Source of the DNA: Macrostomum lignano | Lineage: Eukaryota | Length of the DNA stretch: 42,361 bases | Assembly (NCBI GenBank): GCA_002269645.1 | Contig: NIVC01004548.1 | Span: 1 to 42,361, forward strand | Reading direction: 5' to 3' | Part shown: piece after piece, positions 1 through 10,985 of the stretch | How positions within the stretch are numbered: position 1 is the stretch's first letter | How the letters are laid out: each line of letters opens with the position of its first letter | Position numbers and translations under genes: made by a program | Notes under the pieces: model-generated | The model's database searches: none | Seen by the model: only the letters and a program-made list of their open reading frames with translations | What the model was told of the DNA's origin: nothing

Positions 1-2
1 GC

Positions 3-3000
3 TTCATCGCGTGCTGCCGGACGGCGGTGCGCCGAGTGCAGAGCCGCTCGGAGGCCGTGCCGCTTGGCCTGGCGCTGCTCAGCCTGGACACCCTGGCCAT
101 TGTCTTCTGGGTGAGTCAGCCAGCTGGGTTTGCATGCTGCTATTGATAATCCCATTCTCATGAGCTAATCCCTGACCGTGACATGCATGCTGCTATTGAT
201 AATCCATTCTCATGAGCTAATCCCCTGACCGTGACATGCATGCTGCTATTGATAATCCCATTCTCATGAGCTAATCCCCTGACCGTGACATGCATGCTGC
301 TATTGATAATCCCATTCTCATGAGCTAATCCCCTGACCGTGACATGCATGCTGCTATTGATAATCCCATTCTCATGAGCTAATCCCCTGACCGTGACATG
401 CATGCTGCTATTGATAATCCCATTCTCATGAGCTAATCCCCTGACCGTGACATGCATGCTGCTATGATAATCCCATTCTCATGAGCTAATCCCCTGACCG
501 TGACACGCATGCTGCTATTGATAATCCCATTCTCATGAGCTAATCCCCTGACCGTGACATGCATGCTGCTATTGATAATCCCATTCTCATGAGCTAATCC
601 CCTGACCGTGACATGCATGCTGCTATTGATAATCCCATTCTCATGAGCTAATCCCCTGACCGTGACATGCATGCTGCTATTGATAATCCCATTCTCATGA
701 GCTAATCCCGTTCTCATGAGCTAATCCCATTCTCATTAACTAATCCCATTCTCATGAGCTCATCCCATTTTCATGAGCTAATCCCATTCTCATGAGCTCA
801 TCCCATTTTCATGAGCTAATCCCATTCTCATGAGCTAATCCCCTAACCGTGACATGCATGCTGCTCATAATACTACTGCTCATACTACTGCCTGCTCATA
901 CTACTACCCGTACTACTGCTCATTCTAATGCTCATACTTTTTTCTCATACTACTGCTCTTATAGGCGGCTTATACTACTTCTCATACTAATGCTCTTATA
1001 AGCGGCCTATACTACTTCTCATACTAATGCTCTTATAAGCGGCTTATACTACTTCTCATACTACTGCTCGTGCTGCTACTCGCACTGCTTGTCATACTTT
1101 CTGCTCTTACTAATAGTCATACTTTCTGCTCTTACTAATAGTCATACTTTCTGCTCTTACTAATAGTCATACTGCTACTCATCCTACTCGCCATATTCAT
1201 CCTGCTCATACAAAACGCAACTCCTGCTGCAGACCGGCTTTGTCTCGCTAGACTCCATCGCCCACTGCGACTGCCTGCTGCTTGACGGCCTTCTGGAGCG
1301 GCTGCCGGCGGAGGCCGCTTGCCGGCCGCTGCTGCCCGCCTGCTCCGCCTGGCCGCCCTGCTGTCGCCCGTGTGGCCCAGGCAGCCCGGCGTGCCGCTCC
1401 GCTCCCAGCTGCTGCAGCTGGTCTCCGCGCTCTCCTCCACTGCCACCGCGTCGGCGGCGACTTTACCGAATTCGGCGAGTCAGCAGCCGCCACCGCCTGA
1501 CAGTCTCCGCTCGGCGCTGCTGCTGCTGCTACACGCGCTGTCCCGCTGTGCCGACAGCCTCCTGCAGCTGTTTGCCGACCCCGGCCTGGCCGACTTCGCC
1601 CTTGAATGCCTTCAACGGTACGCCGTGTCCGTCGCCGAGGACAGAGCTGCGGCATCGGCTGAGACGGCCGTGGCCCTGACCGGCAATCTGCTGCTGCCGC
1701 ACTCGCCCTGCCGCCACCGCCTGCTCACCGAGTCCTGCCTGTCGCTGCTGCTCAACCTCCTGGCGACTGCTGCCTGCCCGCGCCGACCCGGCAGCGAAGT
1801 CTCCGCCTGAGCCTGGCCTGGGCGCTGGCCAACGCCGCCTACGACTGCGGCGACAGCGCCGCCTGGCAGCTGCTGGCCGACCGACTGCCGCAGCTCCTGG
1901 CCGCCATGCTGGACGAGCTGCAGCTGCCGCGCACCCAACTGGAGCCTTCGGTGACCATCGCAACTGGTGACGCCACCGCAGACGCCGCGCCTGCTGCAAA
2001 GCGCTGGAGGCGCTGCGCAACCTGCTGGCTGGCGGAGCTGACCGAGCCGACCGCCTGCTGTTGGCGCGGCCGCAGCTGCTGCCGCTGCTGGAGTCCGCGC
2101 TGGACCCCTGCCTGCCCGCCGAGTCCGTTCTGCGGCCCGCCGCCCTGGCCGCTCTGGTCAACGCCGCTGACGGAGGGGCGGCCGCCCGACTGGCGCTGCT
2201 GCCTCGGGAAGCCCTCCTGCTGCGTGTGCGTGACTGCCTGGTGAGCGACTGCCATTCCTGGAGCCTTCCCTGTGACAGTCCTGGAGCCTTCCCTGTGCCA
2301 GTCCTGGAGCCTTCCCTCTGCCATTCCTGGAGCCTTCCCTGTGCCCTTCCTGGAGCCTTCCCTGTGCCAGTCCTGGAGCCTTCCCTGTGCCAGTCCTGGA
2401 GCCTTCCCTGTGCCATTCCTGGAGCCTTCCCTGTGCCATTCCTGGAGCCTTCCCTGTGCCAGTCCTGGAGCCTTCCCTGTGCCAGTCCTGGAGCCTTCCC
2501 TGTGCCATTCCTGGAGCCTTCCCTGTGCCATTCCTGGAGCCTTCCCTGTGCCAGTCCTGGAGCCTTCCCTGTGCCAGTCCTGGAGCCTTCCCTGTGCCAG
2601 TCCTGGAGCCTTCCCTGTGCCATTCCTGGAGCCTTCCCTGTGCCAGTCCTTGGAGCCTTGTGCCAGTCCTGGAGCCTTCGTTGTGCACCTTACATTTAGA
2701 ACCTAAATTTTACAGCCTCACAAAGTATTAAATCAGATTTATTTAAGCATTTTTTATTGAATTGATACAGAAGCAAGTATATCACTAAGGCCAATGTTAA
2801 ATTCATTTCAGAGTCAACCGGAACTGCCTCTGCCGCAGCTGAGCCTGAGAATTTTCACAAATCTGATGGAGCCGCGACCGAATGCTGAAGCAGCTTCTGA
2901 GACGGAAGCTGACTTCGCTTGTGAGTTTGTGTTGATTGGAACGGTCCCTCCCAATGTACGCTCCCGACCACCAATGTACACTACCACCACCCCAATGTCC

Positions 3001-3380
3001 ACTCCCACCACCCCAATGTGCACTCCCACCACCCAATGTACGCTCCCGACCACCCCAATGTACACTCCCCACCACCCCAATGTACACTCCCCACCACATC
3101 AATGTACACTCCCCACCACATCAATGTACACTCCCCACCACCCCAATGTACACTCCCCACCACATCAATGTACACTCCCCACCACATCAATGTACACTCC
3201 CCACCACCCCATACACTCTCCTTACCACCCTTTTCAGCGCCGGACCCGCAGTGCCGCTCCGTGCTGGCGAAGCTGGGCTTCCCCGACCAGGTGGCGAAGC
3301 TGCTGGACCGCAGCCACCGCCATCCCATCCTGACTGCTGAGGAGACGCTCCGAGCGGAGCGAATGCTGAACCTGTTTTAA
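3..3380 (+). CDS. 5'-partial multi-exon gene for a Leu/Ala-rich helical (ARM/HEAT-like) protein
   Basis: Exons 3-110, 1233-2240, 2812-2920 and 3238-3380 join with GT..AG sites and matching phases (0,0,1). The joined product reads FIACCRTAVRR...IVFW|TGFVSLDS...RVRDCL|SQPELPL...DFA-S|PDPQCR...MLNLF*. Exon 2 needs three single-base frame changes (~1335, ~1805, ~2055). The family call rests only on composition and helical motifs such as LAWALANAAY. Confidence 0.65.
134..710. repeat. 54-bp minisatellite, about 10-11 copies, in intron 1 of the ARM-like gene
   Basis: Unit is gcatgctgctattgataatcccattctcatgagctaatcccctgaccgtgacat. It explains ORFs 158..457 and 433..717. Confidence 0.95.
700..1210. 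repeat. 19-bp sub-repeat (ctaatcccattctcatgag) followed by an irregular ctcatactactg-type repeat
   Basis: The 19-mer is a fragment of the adjacent 54-bp unit and repeats about 7 times to ~845. Degenerate ctcatactact/actttctgctcttactaatagtcat repeats then run to ~1210. Confidence 0.85.
2251..2680. repeat. 23-bp minisatellite, about 18 copies, in intron 2
   Basis: Unit is gcca(g/t)tcctggagccttccctgt and starts about 10 nt after the GT donor at 2241. It explains the PGAFPVP/GKAPG repeat ORFs. Confidence 0.95.
2950..3215. repeat. 22-23-bp C-rich minisatellite in intron 3
   Basis: Unit is approximately (c/t)caatgtacactccccaccac(c/a), about 11 copies, ending at the acceptor pyrimidine tract. Confidence 0.9.
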
Positions 3381-4024
3381 TTTATTTATTCTAAACTGCC
3401 TAACACTATTCAATCGCCATTTGTTTAATCTTTAGTCTAAGTGTTACATTGCGACATTTTATTCCCAATTTTATCCCATTCTAGTTGCTGCTTTTACTGC
3501 CTCGTGGCGCAGTCTATTGGCCACAGCGGAACTTGTCTGACAGAGCGCTTCCCGCCTATTTTACCCCTCTGACCTCGCGACCCCGTCTGCTCCCCTTTTT
3601 ATAACGACCAGTTTATTGTTTTCGATTGCAGTGCTTTTTAAACTGAACATCAGTTCATTGAAATTCTAACAATTGCTGAACCTGTTAGCACACACCGCTC
3701 TCACTGATGATGGTCATTGCGCTGGCATACTCAAAAATACATCAGATCGTTTTTGAAAAATTTAACTTAAATAATTTCTTTGCTTATTTGATCTCAGAAC
3801 TGCAGGAAAAAGGTGTCCTAGCATAAGACCCCGTAATACAGTACTTGGGACAGTTGGAGGACAGCTGCCCTGCCGAGCTTATAACTGTTTAACACTTTCT
3901 CATATAAGTACTTATCGGTTTATCTCATAAATGTCTAAACAGTAATCTTAGCTGTAAACATTAACTGCATATTGCAAGCTAAATAACTTAAACTCGAATA
4001 GCTCTAATCGTAACCATTTGCTAG

Positions 4025-4580
4025 CATGCACTCGTTCCAGGCCTTCCCTGCCTCATCCCAAGGTACACTCGCTCCCGGCCCTCCCTGCCCAACACCAAGG
4101 TACACTCGCTCCCGGCCCTCCCTGCCCAACCCCAAGGTACACTCGCTCCCGGCCCTCCCTGCCCAACCCCAATGTACACTCGCTCCCGGCCTTTTCTGCC
4201 CAACCCCAATGTACACTCGCTCCCGGCCCTCCCTGCCCAACCCTAATGTACACTTGCTCCCGGCCCTCCCTGCCCAACCCCAATGTACACTCGCTCCCGG
4301 CCCTCCCTGCCCAACCCCAATGTACACTCGCTCCCGGCCCTCCCTGCCCAACCCTAATGTACACTCGCTCCCGGCCCTCCCTGCCCAACCACTATGTACA
4401 CTCGCTCCCGGCCCTCCCTGCCCAACCCCAATGTACACTCGCTCCCGGCCTTTTCTGCCCCACCCCATTGTACACTTCCGATTTTCCCTCTCTCACCCCA
4501 ATTTTCACTCGCTCCCGGCGTTCTCTGCCTCACCCCAACGTACACTCGCTCCCGACCTTCCCTGCCCCACCACAATGTAC
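4025..4580. repeat. 37-bp minisatellite, about 15 copies, between convergent gene ends
   Basis: Unit is cccaatgtacactcgctcccggccctccctgcccaac. It explains ORFs 4004-4635. Confidence 0.95.
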
Positions 4581-4694
4581 AGTCGTTCCTGAAACATGAC
4601 TTCTCAGAATAGATTTTATATTTATCGGCACTCAAATGAATGATAAAATGAAAGTCACAGTTTGGTCAGCTGCTGGTCACTGCGTTGATTTTTG

Positions 4695-6548
4695 TCAGTC
4701 TGCTCCTCCGTCGAAGCCACCATCAAAGTCGCCATTATAGTCCATGTTCTGATCGAACTGGTCATGGCTCATACCGTGATCGAACTGGTCATGGCTCATA
4801 CCGTGATCGAACTGGTCATGGCTCATACCGTGATCGAACTGGTCATGGTTCATGCCGTGATCAAATTGGTCATGGCCCATACCGTGATCGAACTGGTCAT
4901 GGCTCATACCGTGATCAAACTGGTCATGGCTCATACCGTGATCGAACTGGTCATGGCTCATACCGTGATCGAACTGGTCATGGCTCATACCGTGATCGAA
5001 CTGGTCATGGCTCATACCGTGATCGAACTGGTCATGGCTCATACCGTGATCGAACTGGTCATGGCTCATACCGTGATCGAACTGGTCATGGCTCATACCG
5101 TGATCGAACTGGTCATGGCTCATACCGTGATCAAATAAGTCATGGCTCATATCGTGATCGAATTGATCGTGATCCATGTCGTGATCGCTCTCATCTTGAT
5201 CATCGTCGTCCTCCTCGTCTGGGGAGCATCTGGGCTGCATCATTCTGTTGGCAATCCACGGCTTGGCGCGCCGAGGCTTAGCGCCCCACGACCGGCCGCC
5301 CCCAGACAGGCCTCCTCTGAACAGTCCCCCGAGCAAGCCGCCCACGAACAGCCCTCTGGACAGGCCATCCTTGGACGGGCCACCCCTGGACAGGCCACCC
5401 CTGGACAGGCCAGCCCTGGACAGGCCACCCCACTTCGGAATGCCAATATTGGGGCCGCTCCTGGCCAGGCCGCCGGCGAGGCCGCCAGCCAGGCCGCCGA
5501 CCATGGCCGAGCCCATAAGCTTGGGAACGCCCGAAAAGCTTTTCGGCGCACCGAAGCTCATTGGGCGCTGCTGGTGCATCATCGGCGCCTGCGTCTGACC
5601 GAACGGCATCGAGCCGCGGTAGGCGGGCATCGACACGCTGGGCTCCACTGGATAGAATAGCAGCAGCACGGTTGGCGCGAACTCATGGATAAGGCGCGCA
5701 GTCGAGTCGTTGTAGTTCAGGTCACGCCGGGTCGAGTCGTAGCCCAGATGGCCGGCCCAGCCGCTGCAGTGGTCCCGCAGTCTCTGCCTGAAGTATTGGT
5801 TGCTTCGCAGTCCGTCGTAGGTTTGTCTTCGGTAGGGCTCGGCCAGGGTCATGTAGGCCTGGTAGATCTGCTGTGTGCGCCTTGACGCCTCGTACTCGTT
5901 GCTAGGGTGCCATCTGAAATTACAGAGTGGATTGCTAATCCAGCCAGTATGCCAGCTGCAAGTACGGAGTGGATTGCGAATCTAGCCAGTATGCCAGCTA
6001 GAAGTACGGAGTGGATTGCTAATCTAGCCAGTATGCCAGCTGGAATAACGGAGTGGATTGCGAATCTAGCCAGTATGCCAGCTAGAAGTACGGAGTGGAT
6101 TGCTAATCTAGCCAGTATGCCAGCTGGAATAACGGAGTGGATTGCGAATCTAGCCAGTATGCCAGCTAGAAGTACGGAGTGGATTGCTAATCTAGCCAGT
6201 ATGCCAGCTGGAATAACGGAGTGGATTGCGAATCTAGCCAGTATGCCAGCTGGAATAACGGAGTGGATTGCGAATCTAGCCAGTATGCCAGCTGCAAGTA
6301 CGGAGTGGATTGCTAATCTTGCCAATATGCCAGCTGGAATTAAAGTGGATTGCTTATCTAGCTAATTATAGATTTAGTAGTGTAGCACGGACTGCTAATC
6401 TAAATTGAATATTAGTTCTAATATGTCAAAGCTTTTCAAAGCAGGCGAGAACTCACCGCTCACGCAGCTGTCTGTAGGCAGATTCGATGCTCTGCTTGCT
6501 GGACAAGCCCGACACGCCCAGCACCTCGTAGTAGAAATCCTCGGCCAT
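4695..6548 (-). CDS. J-domain-like protein (HPD replaced by HPS) with Gly-rich and His/Asp/Met repeat tail, about 436 aa
   Basis: Exon 1 (6548-6457) reads MAEDFYYEVLGVSGLSSKQSIESAYRQLRE, followed by a GTGAGT donor. A phase-2 intron leads to an acceptor at 5914 and exon 2 (5913-4695), R-WHPSNEYEASRRTQQIYQAYMTLAEPYRRQTYD, which continues in frame into track ORF 4695..5852. J-domain helices are recognisable (YYEVLGV, AYRQL, WHP, AY..L...RR..YD). Confidence 0.85.
4748..5180 (-). repeat. Coding 27-bp tandem repeat (DHGMSHDQF, about 16 copies)
   Basis: Plus-strand unit gatcgaactggtcatggctcataccgt lies in frame inside exon 2 of the HPS J-gene. Confidence 0.9.
5900..6350. repeat. 42-bp minisatellite, about 10.5 copies, filling the HPS J-gene intron and overlapping its 3' splice site
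   Basis: Unit is tagccagtatgccagct(g/a)gaa(t/g)(a/t)acggagtggattgc(g/t)aatc. The terminal degenerate unit contains the real acceptor at 5914-5915. Confidence 0.95.
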
Positions 6549-6778
6549 GAATCTTGCCGTCAGAGCGCGGATCAGTTTCCAGATTTTGTCTCAAATCTAT
6601 ATACGGACTCGGGATCGAATTCTTGCCATAGAGTGCATTTTGGTTTTCTTATTCAAATCGGCAGTTTTGAATGCAAAACGAAGGCTATTTTTTATTAAAT
6701 GAAATTGGTAAAAGTTAACAGAAACGCTGCTCAGGCTACTTCCAGTAGTCAGTTGATACTTGATGATTTGATTTCAGC

Positions 6779-7621
6779 TCAGCGCCGAGCCAGCTGGTTC
6801 AGAGCCGTGGTGGTCTGCTCCGTCTGCTCGCCGTTTTTGAACACCGTCGTCACCTTTACCCCGTTCTCGACTGTCGTTCTGACGACCGTCCGGTTGCCCT
6901 GCCCGTCTTCCGTGGTCGTCTCGCTGACCGCGCTGAACTGCCCGACAATTCCATCGTTGCCGACGTCGGCACTGCTGAACACTTCGTTATAGACGAAGAA
7001 CGGGTCGCGGAAGGCGCTCCAGAGGTTCCGGTGCAGCTGCTCGGCTGTCGTGCTGCTCCACCTGAAGCTGCCGCCACCCGGCCGCGGACCGTGGGAGCTG
7101 CGGCGAGTGCGGTCATAGTCCGCCCGGCGGCTCGGGTCCGACAGCACTTGGTAGGCCTCGGACAGCTTGCGGAATCGCAGCTCGGCCTCCGGTCGGTTGT
7201 TCGGGTTCTTGTCCGGGTGCCACCTGGAGCAGTGGTTGCAGTGCGCGGGTGAGTTGGGGTTGGCAATGACCGTTTTCCGCCTTTTCAGCGCATCTTGCTG
7301 AACTCATCTTTTTCTGGTGCTTTGCTGGCACTTAATTGATACATTTCTCGAGTCTTAATTACGAGCCTTTCGTACACCCTGCTGACATTCTTACAGGTAC
7401 TTCGCCTTTTGTCATTTACTGACATCACTAGACATCACGCACTTTACTGACATCTAGCATTCACAATGTCATCTTTACTTCTCTTTGGTATGAGGTATCT
7501 CTTTGGTATCTTTGGTAAAATCTCACCTTAGTGCCAGTCGCTTGTACGCCTCCTTAATCTCCTGGGCCGTGGCCGATGGAGGCACCTCCAGAATGGCGTA
7601 AAATTCCTCGGGGTTGGACAT
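6779..7621 (-). CDS. DNAJB6: Canonical class-B J-protein of the DNAJB6/B2/B8 subfamily, about 179 aa
   Basis: Exon 1 (7621-7527) reads [31 protein letters not shown]. After a phase-2 GT-AG intron, exon 2 (7223-6779) reads [41 protein letters not shown] is intact. It also has [12 protein letters not shown] (like DNAJB6 helix V) and a C-terminal TTVENG..V..NG beta region. An AATAAA lies at 6691-6696 on the minus strand. The symbol denotes subfamily, not proven orthology. Confidence 0.92.
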
Positions 7622-8073
7622 GGTTTCGTCTTTGCTAATCTTACTATTCTAATTAGCATCACTTGTGTGCTTTCCAGAATATGCACGCAAATACGGTTGT
7701 GCCATAGACTACGCTTGCGCGAGCTAAAATACTTTAATTAGCACATGTCGTAAGGTGTCGTAGCGAGTGTTGAAAAGGATTGTTGGTTTAGTGCAAAATC
7801 AAGATCTGTATATTTTTTTTTAACTAAAATGTCTTGGGTTGACCTTATAAACAAAAAAATCTTGAATGCTACTGAAGCTCAGTGAATTGAAATGAATTAT
7901 TCTTTTTAAAACGCTTTTAATAACAGAGGTTCGGTGTCCGGAAATTTGGTTTGCAGGTCGAGTGAGAGTTAGAAAATGAGAGTGCACCGATCAAAAGCAC
8001 TCGTCGTAAGCAGACTTTGCTCTCTTATCTTCCAGTTCCAAATCCTTTATAACTTTTGGCTGTCCTCCACCAT

Positions 8074-10985
8074 TCACTTGTTAGTCTTGGTACTTTTTGT
8101 TGTCAACACGGATGTTGTTTTGTGCGAACCACCGCGGTGCGAGCTGGGACCACCATGGTGCGAGCTGGGACCACCGTGGTGCGAGCTGGGACCACCGTGG
8201 TGCGAGCTGGGACCACCATGATGCGAGCTGGGACCACCATGCTGTGAGCTGGGACCACCACCGCGCTGCGATATGGGACCAACCGAGACTGTCATTGCCT
8301 TGGAGACGTTGGTCAACTTGGTGGTCAGCCCCTTGATTCTCATGTCCACCTCCTTGCCGTTGCGGGTTACATTAAGGGTCATCTCACCGCCAGTTGACTG
8401 CACGGTGGTAATTTCAATCTTGTTGCCGAACGGGTCCACATTCTTGGTGTGACGGGTGCCCTTGGCGATGTGCCGCTGCACCAGCTGCTCGCAGAAGGCC
8501 CGGTCGCTGAGGTCAGACGGCGAGTTGCAGACGGCCTCGACGTGCACTTTGTACGGATCCCGCAGAGAGATTAGGTTGGACGGGAAAGAGAGCGCCTCTC
8601 CGCTCTCCGACTTCTCGCTGAGGAAGTTCTTCCTGAGTGCCGTCTCGAATTCCTCGGTTAACTGGTCCAGTTCCATGGTGGATTCCTGCTTGACTCGCGA
8701 CTCCTTGGATTTAACGTCGTTCTTTTCGAGGTCCTGTGCGTTAGACTTCAAAAGGCACTGCAGGTAGCGTTTGCGTTTTTCGTTGCAGTACAGAATCTGG
8801 AAGGCCTCGCTGATGCGGAAGAAGTGCCGCTCAGACTCCGCCTTGTTGTCCGGGTTGTTCTCCGGGTGCCACCTTGGTGTCAGATTGGCAAGGGAGTGAT
8901 TTGGTCGGAGTGAGGCAATGGGAAGCTGATAATCAGGGTTGAAACGCAAATTGATTTCTGGTGTACAGGTGCTGCTTGAGATCGAGATTGAATAGAAGAA
9001 TTTACGCATTGAGGAATAAAAGCGACGCTTGAATACGGCGTACATTAGTTGAACACTATTGACAGTAGCATAATAACACCGAATCTGCAACTTGTATTCG
9101 CGATTTCGCATGAATGAAATATTTAAATTTCCACAACTGACTGTTTGTTTGTTATTAATCACAATTTGTTAGTTTAGTTAGTCAGTGAGTCACAGTCACA
9201 GACCCCTAATTGGACTATCTGGTCGCTACAAAACACTCGTGAAATTTGACTCCTAGCATTGCAGTTTTTGGAGGAGAGCAGAATAGCTCTGCGGTTAGCC
9301 CTAGCCCCTGAGGCATACATGCCTGACAATGAGAACCGGAGTCGCTATACAACCTGTGTGAACGTGTGCCTGCATGCATAAGCCTCGTATTCGTTTGCGA
9401 GAGTGCATCAGTGGAACAGGCATGACTGCTTGGATCCTCGCCGGCTGTGGATAGACTGTTGTCACAATTTTTGCAGTACCAAAGCCACTGCAAACTACGA
9501 GTAATAAGGCATTCTGGTCAGCTCAACGCACTCTTCACCGGACATTCTGGTCAGCTCAACTCACTCTTCATCAGACATTCTGGTCAGCTCAACGCACTCT
9601 TCACCGGACATTCTGGTCAGCTCAACTCACTCTTCATCAGACATTCTGGTCAGCTCAACTCACTCTTCATCAGACATTCTGGTCAGCTCAACTCACTCTT
9701 CATCAGACATTCTGGTCAGCTCAACGCACTCTTCACCGGACATTCTGGTCAGCTCAACTCACTCTTCATCAGACATTCTGGTCAGCTCAACGCACTCTTC
9801 ACCGGACATTCTGGTCAGCTCAACTCACTCTTCATCAGACATTCTGGTCAGCTCAACGCACTCTTCACCGGACATTCTGGTCAGCTCAACGCACTCTTCA
9901 CCGGACATTCTGGTCAGCTCAACGCACTCTTCACCGGACATTCTGGTCAGCTCAACGCACTCTTCACCGGACATTCTGGTCAGCTCAACGCACTCTTCAC
10001 CGGACATTCTGGTCAGCTCAACGCACTCTTCACCGGACATTCTGCTCAGCTCAACGCATTCTTCACCGGACATTCTGGTCAGCTCAACGCACTCTTCACC
10101 GGACATTCTGGTCAGCTCAACGCACTCTTCACCGGACATTCTGGTCAGCTCAACTCACTCTTCATCAGACATTCTGGTCAGCTCAACGCACTCTTCACCG
10201 GACATTCTGGTCAGCTCAACGCACTCTTCACCGGACATTCTGGTCAGCTCAACGCACTCTTCACCGGACATTCTGGTCAGCTCAACGCACTCTTCACCGG
10301 ACATTCTGGTCAGCTCAACGCACTCTTCACCGGACATTCTGGTCAGCTCAACGCACTCTTCACCGGACATTCTGCTCAGCTCAACGCATTCTTCACCGGA
10401 CATTCTGGTCAGCTCAACGCACTCTTCACCGGACATTCTGGTCAGCTCAACGCACTCTTCACCGGACATTCTGGTCAGCTCAACGCACTCTTCACCGGAC
10501 ATTCTGGTCAGCTCAACGCACTCTTCACCGGACATTCTGGTCAGCTCAACGCACTCTTCACCGGACATTCTGCTCAGCTCAACGCATTCTTCACCGGACA
10601 TTCTGGTCAGCTCAACGCACTCTTCACCGGACATTCTGGTCAGCTCAACGCACTCTTCACCGGACATTCTGCTCAGCTCAACGCACTCTTCACCGGACAT
10701 TCTGATCAGCTCAACGCACTCTTCACCGGACATTCTGGTCAGCTCAACGCACTCTTCACCGGACATTCTGATCAGCTCAACGCACTCTTCACCGGACATT
10801 CTGATCAGCTCAACTCAATCTTCATCAGACATTCTGGTCAGTTATCAATCTCGATCAAGAACGCTCCAATTTCAATTATTTGTCCTTGCGACTCACTTAG
10901 TGGCCAATCGCAGGTAAGCATCTTTGATTATCTTCGGGTCGGAAGTTTGCTGCAGCTCCAGAACTTGATAGTAGTCCAACTTCAT
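8074..10985 (-). CDS. DNAJB6-like paralog with HPE instead of HPD, about 295 aa
   Basis: Exon 1 (10985-10897) reads MKLDYYQVLELQQTSDPKIIKDAYLRLAT with a GTGAGT donor. A 2-kb phase-2 intron leads to exon 2 (8872-8074), K-WHPENNPDNKAESERHFFRISEAFQIL...LRDPYKVHVEAV...DPFGNKIEITTV...NG, ending in a GGPSSHH repeat tail. Confidence 0.85.
8133..8262 (-). repeat. Coding 21-bp repeat (GGPSSHH, about 6 copies) in the HPE paralog tail
   Basis: Plus-strand unit gtgcgagctgggaccacc(g/a)tg, in frame in ORF 8074..9162. Confidence 0.9.
9510..10842. repeat. 33-bp minisatellite, about 40 copies, inside the HPE J-gene intron
   Basis: Unit is cattctggtcagctcaac(g/t)cactcttca(ccg/tca)ga, with two main variants. 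It explains ORFs 9447..11051, 9825..10139 and 10155..10799. Confidence 0.95.

Noticed and set aside
158-4635. Many repetitive ORFs (158-717, 1529-2731, 2794-3398 region, 4004-4635)
   Set aside because: They are translations of intronic or intergenic minisatellites, or antisense/alternate frames of GC-rich exons.
4685-5660. Plus-strand ORFs with RDRTGHGSY / VIELVMAHT repeats
   Set aside because: They are antisense to the HPS J-gene exon, which has a validated splice link to a J-domain exon 1.
5849-6365. ORFs 5849..6325 and 5907..6365 (LAIHSV / TEWIANLASMP repeats) as proteins
   Set aside because: Both arise from the 42-bp intronic array; the splice model explains the region better.
9510-9850. 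CTGATGA words in the 33-bp array as hammerhead ribozyme or C/D-box signals
   Set aside because: There is no matching GAAA core or supporting stems, and the word is simply part of the repeat variant.
134-10842. Tandem arrays as CRISPR loci
   Set aside because: Units are head-to-tail with no unique spacers, there are no cas genes, and the context is eukaryotic and intron-rich.
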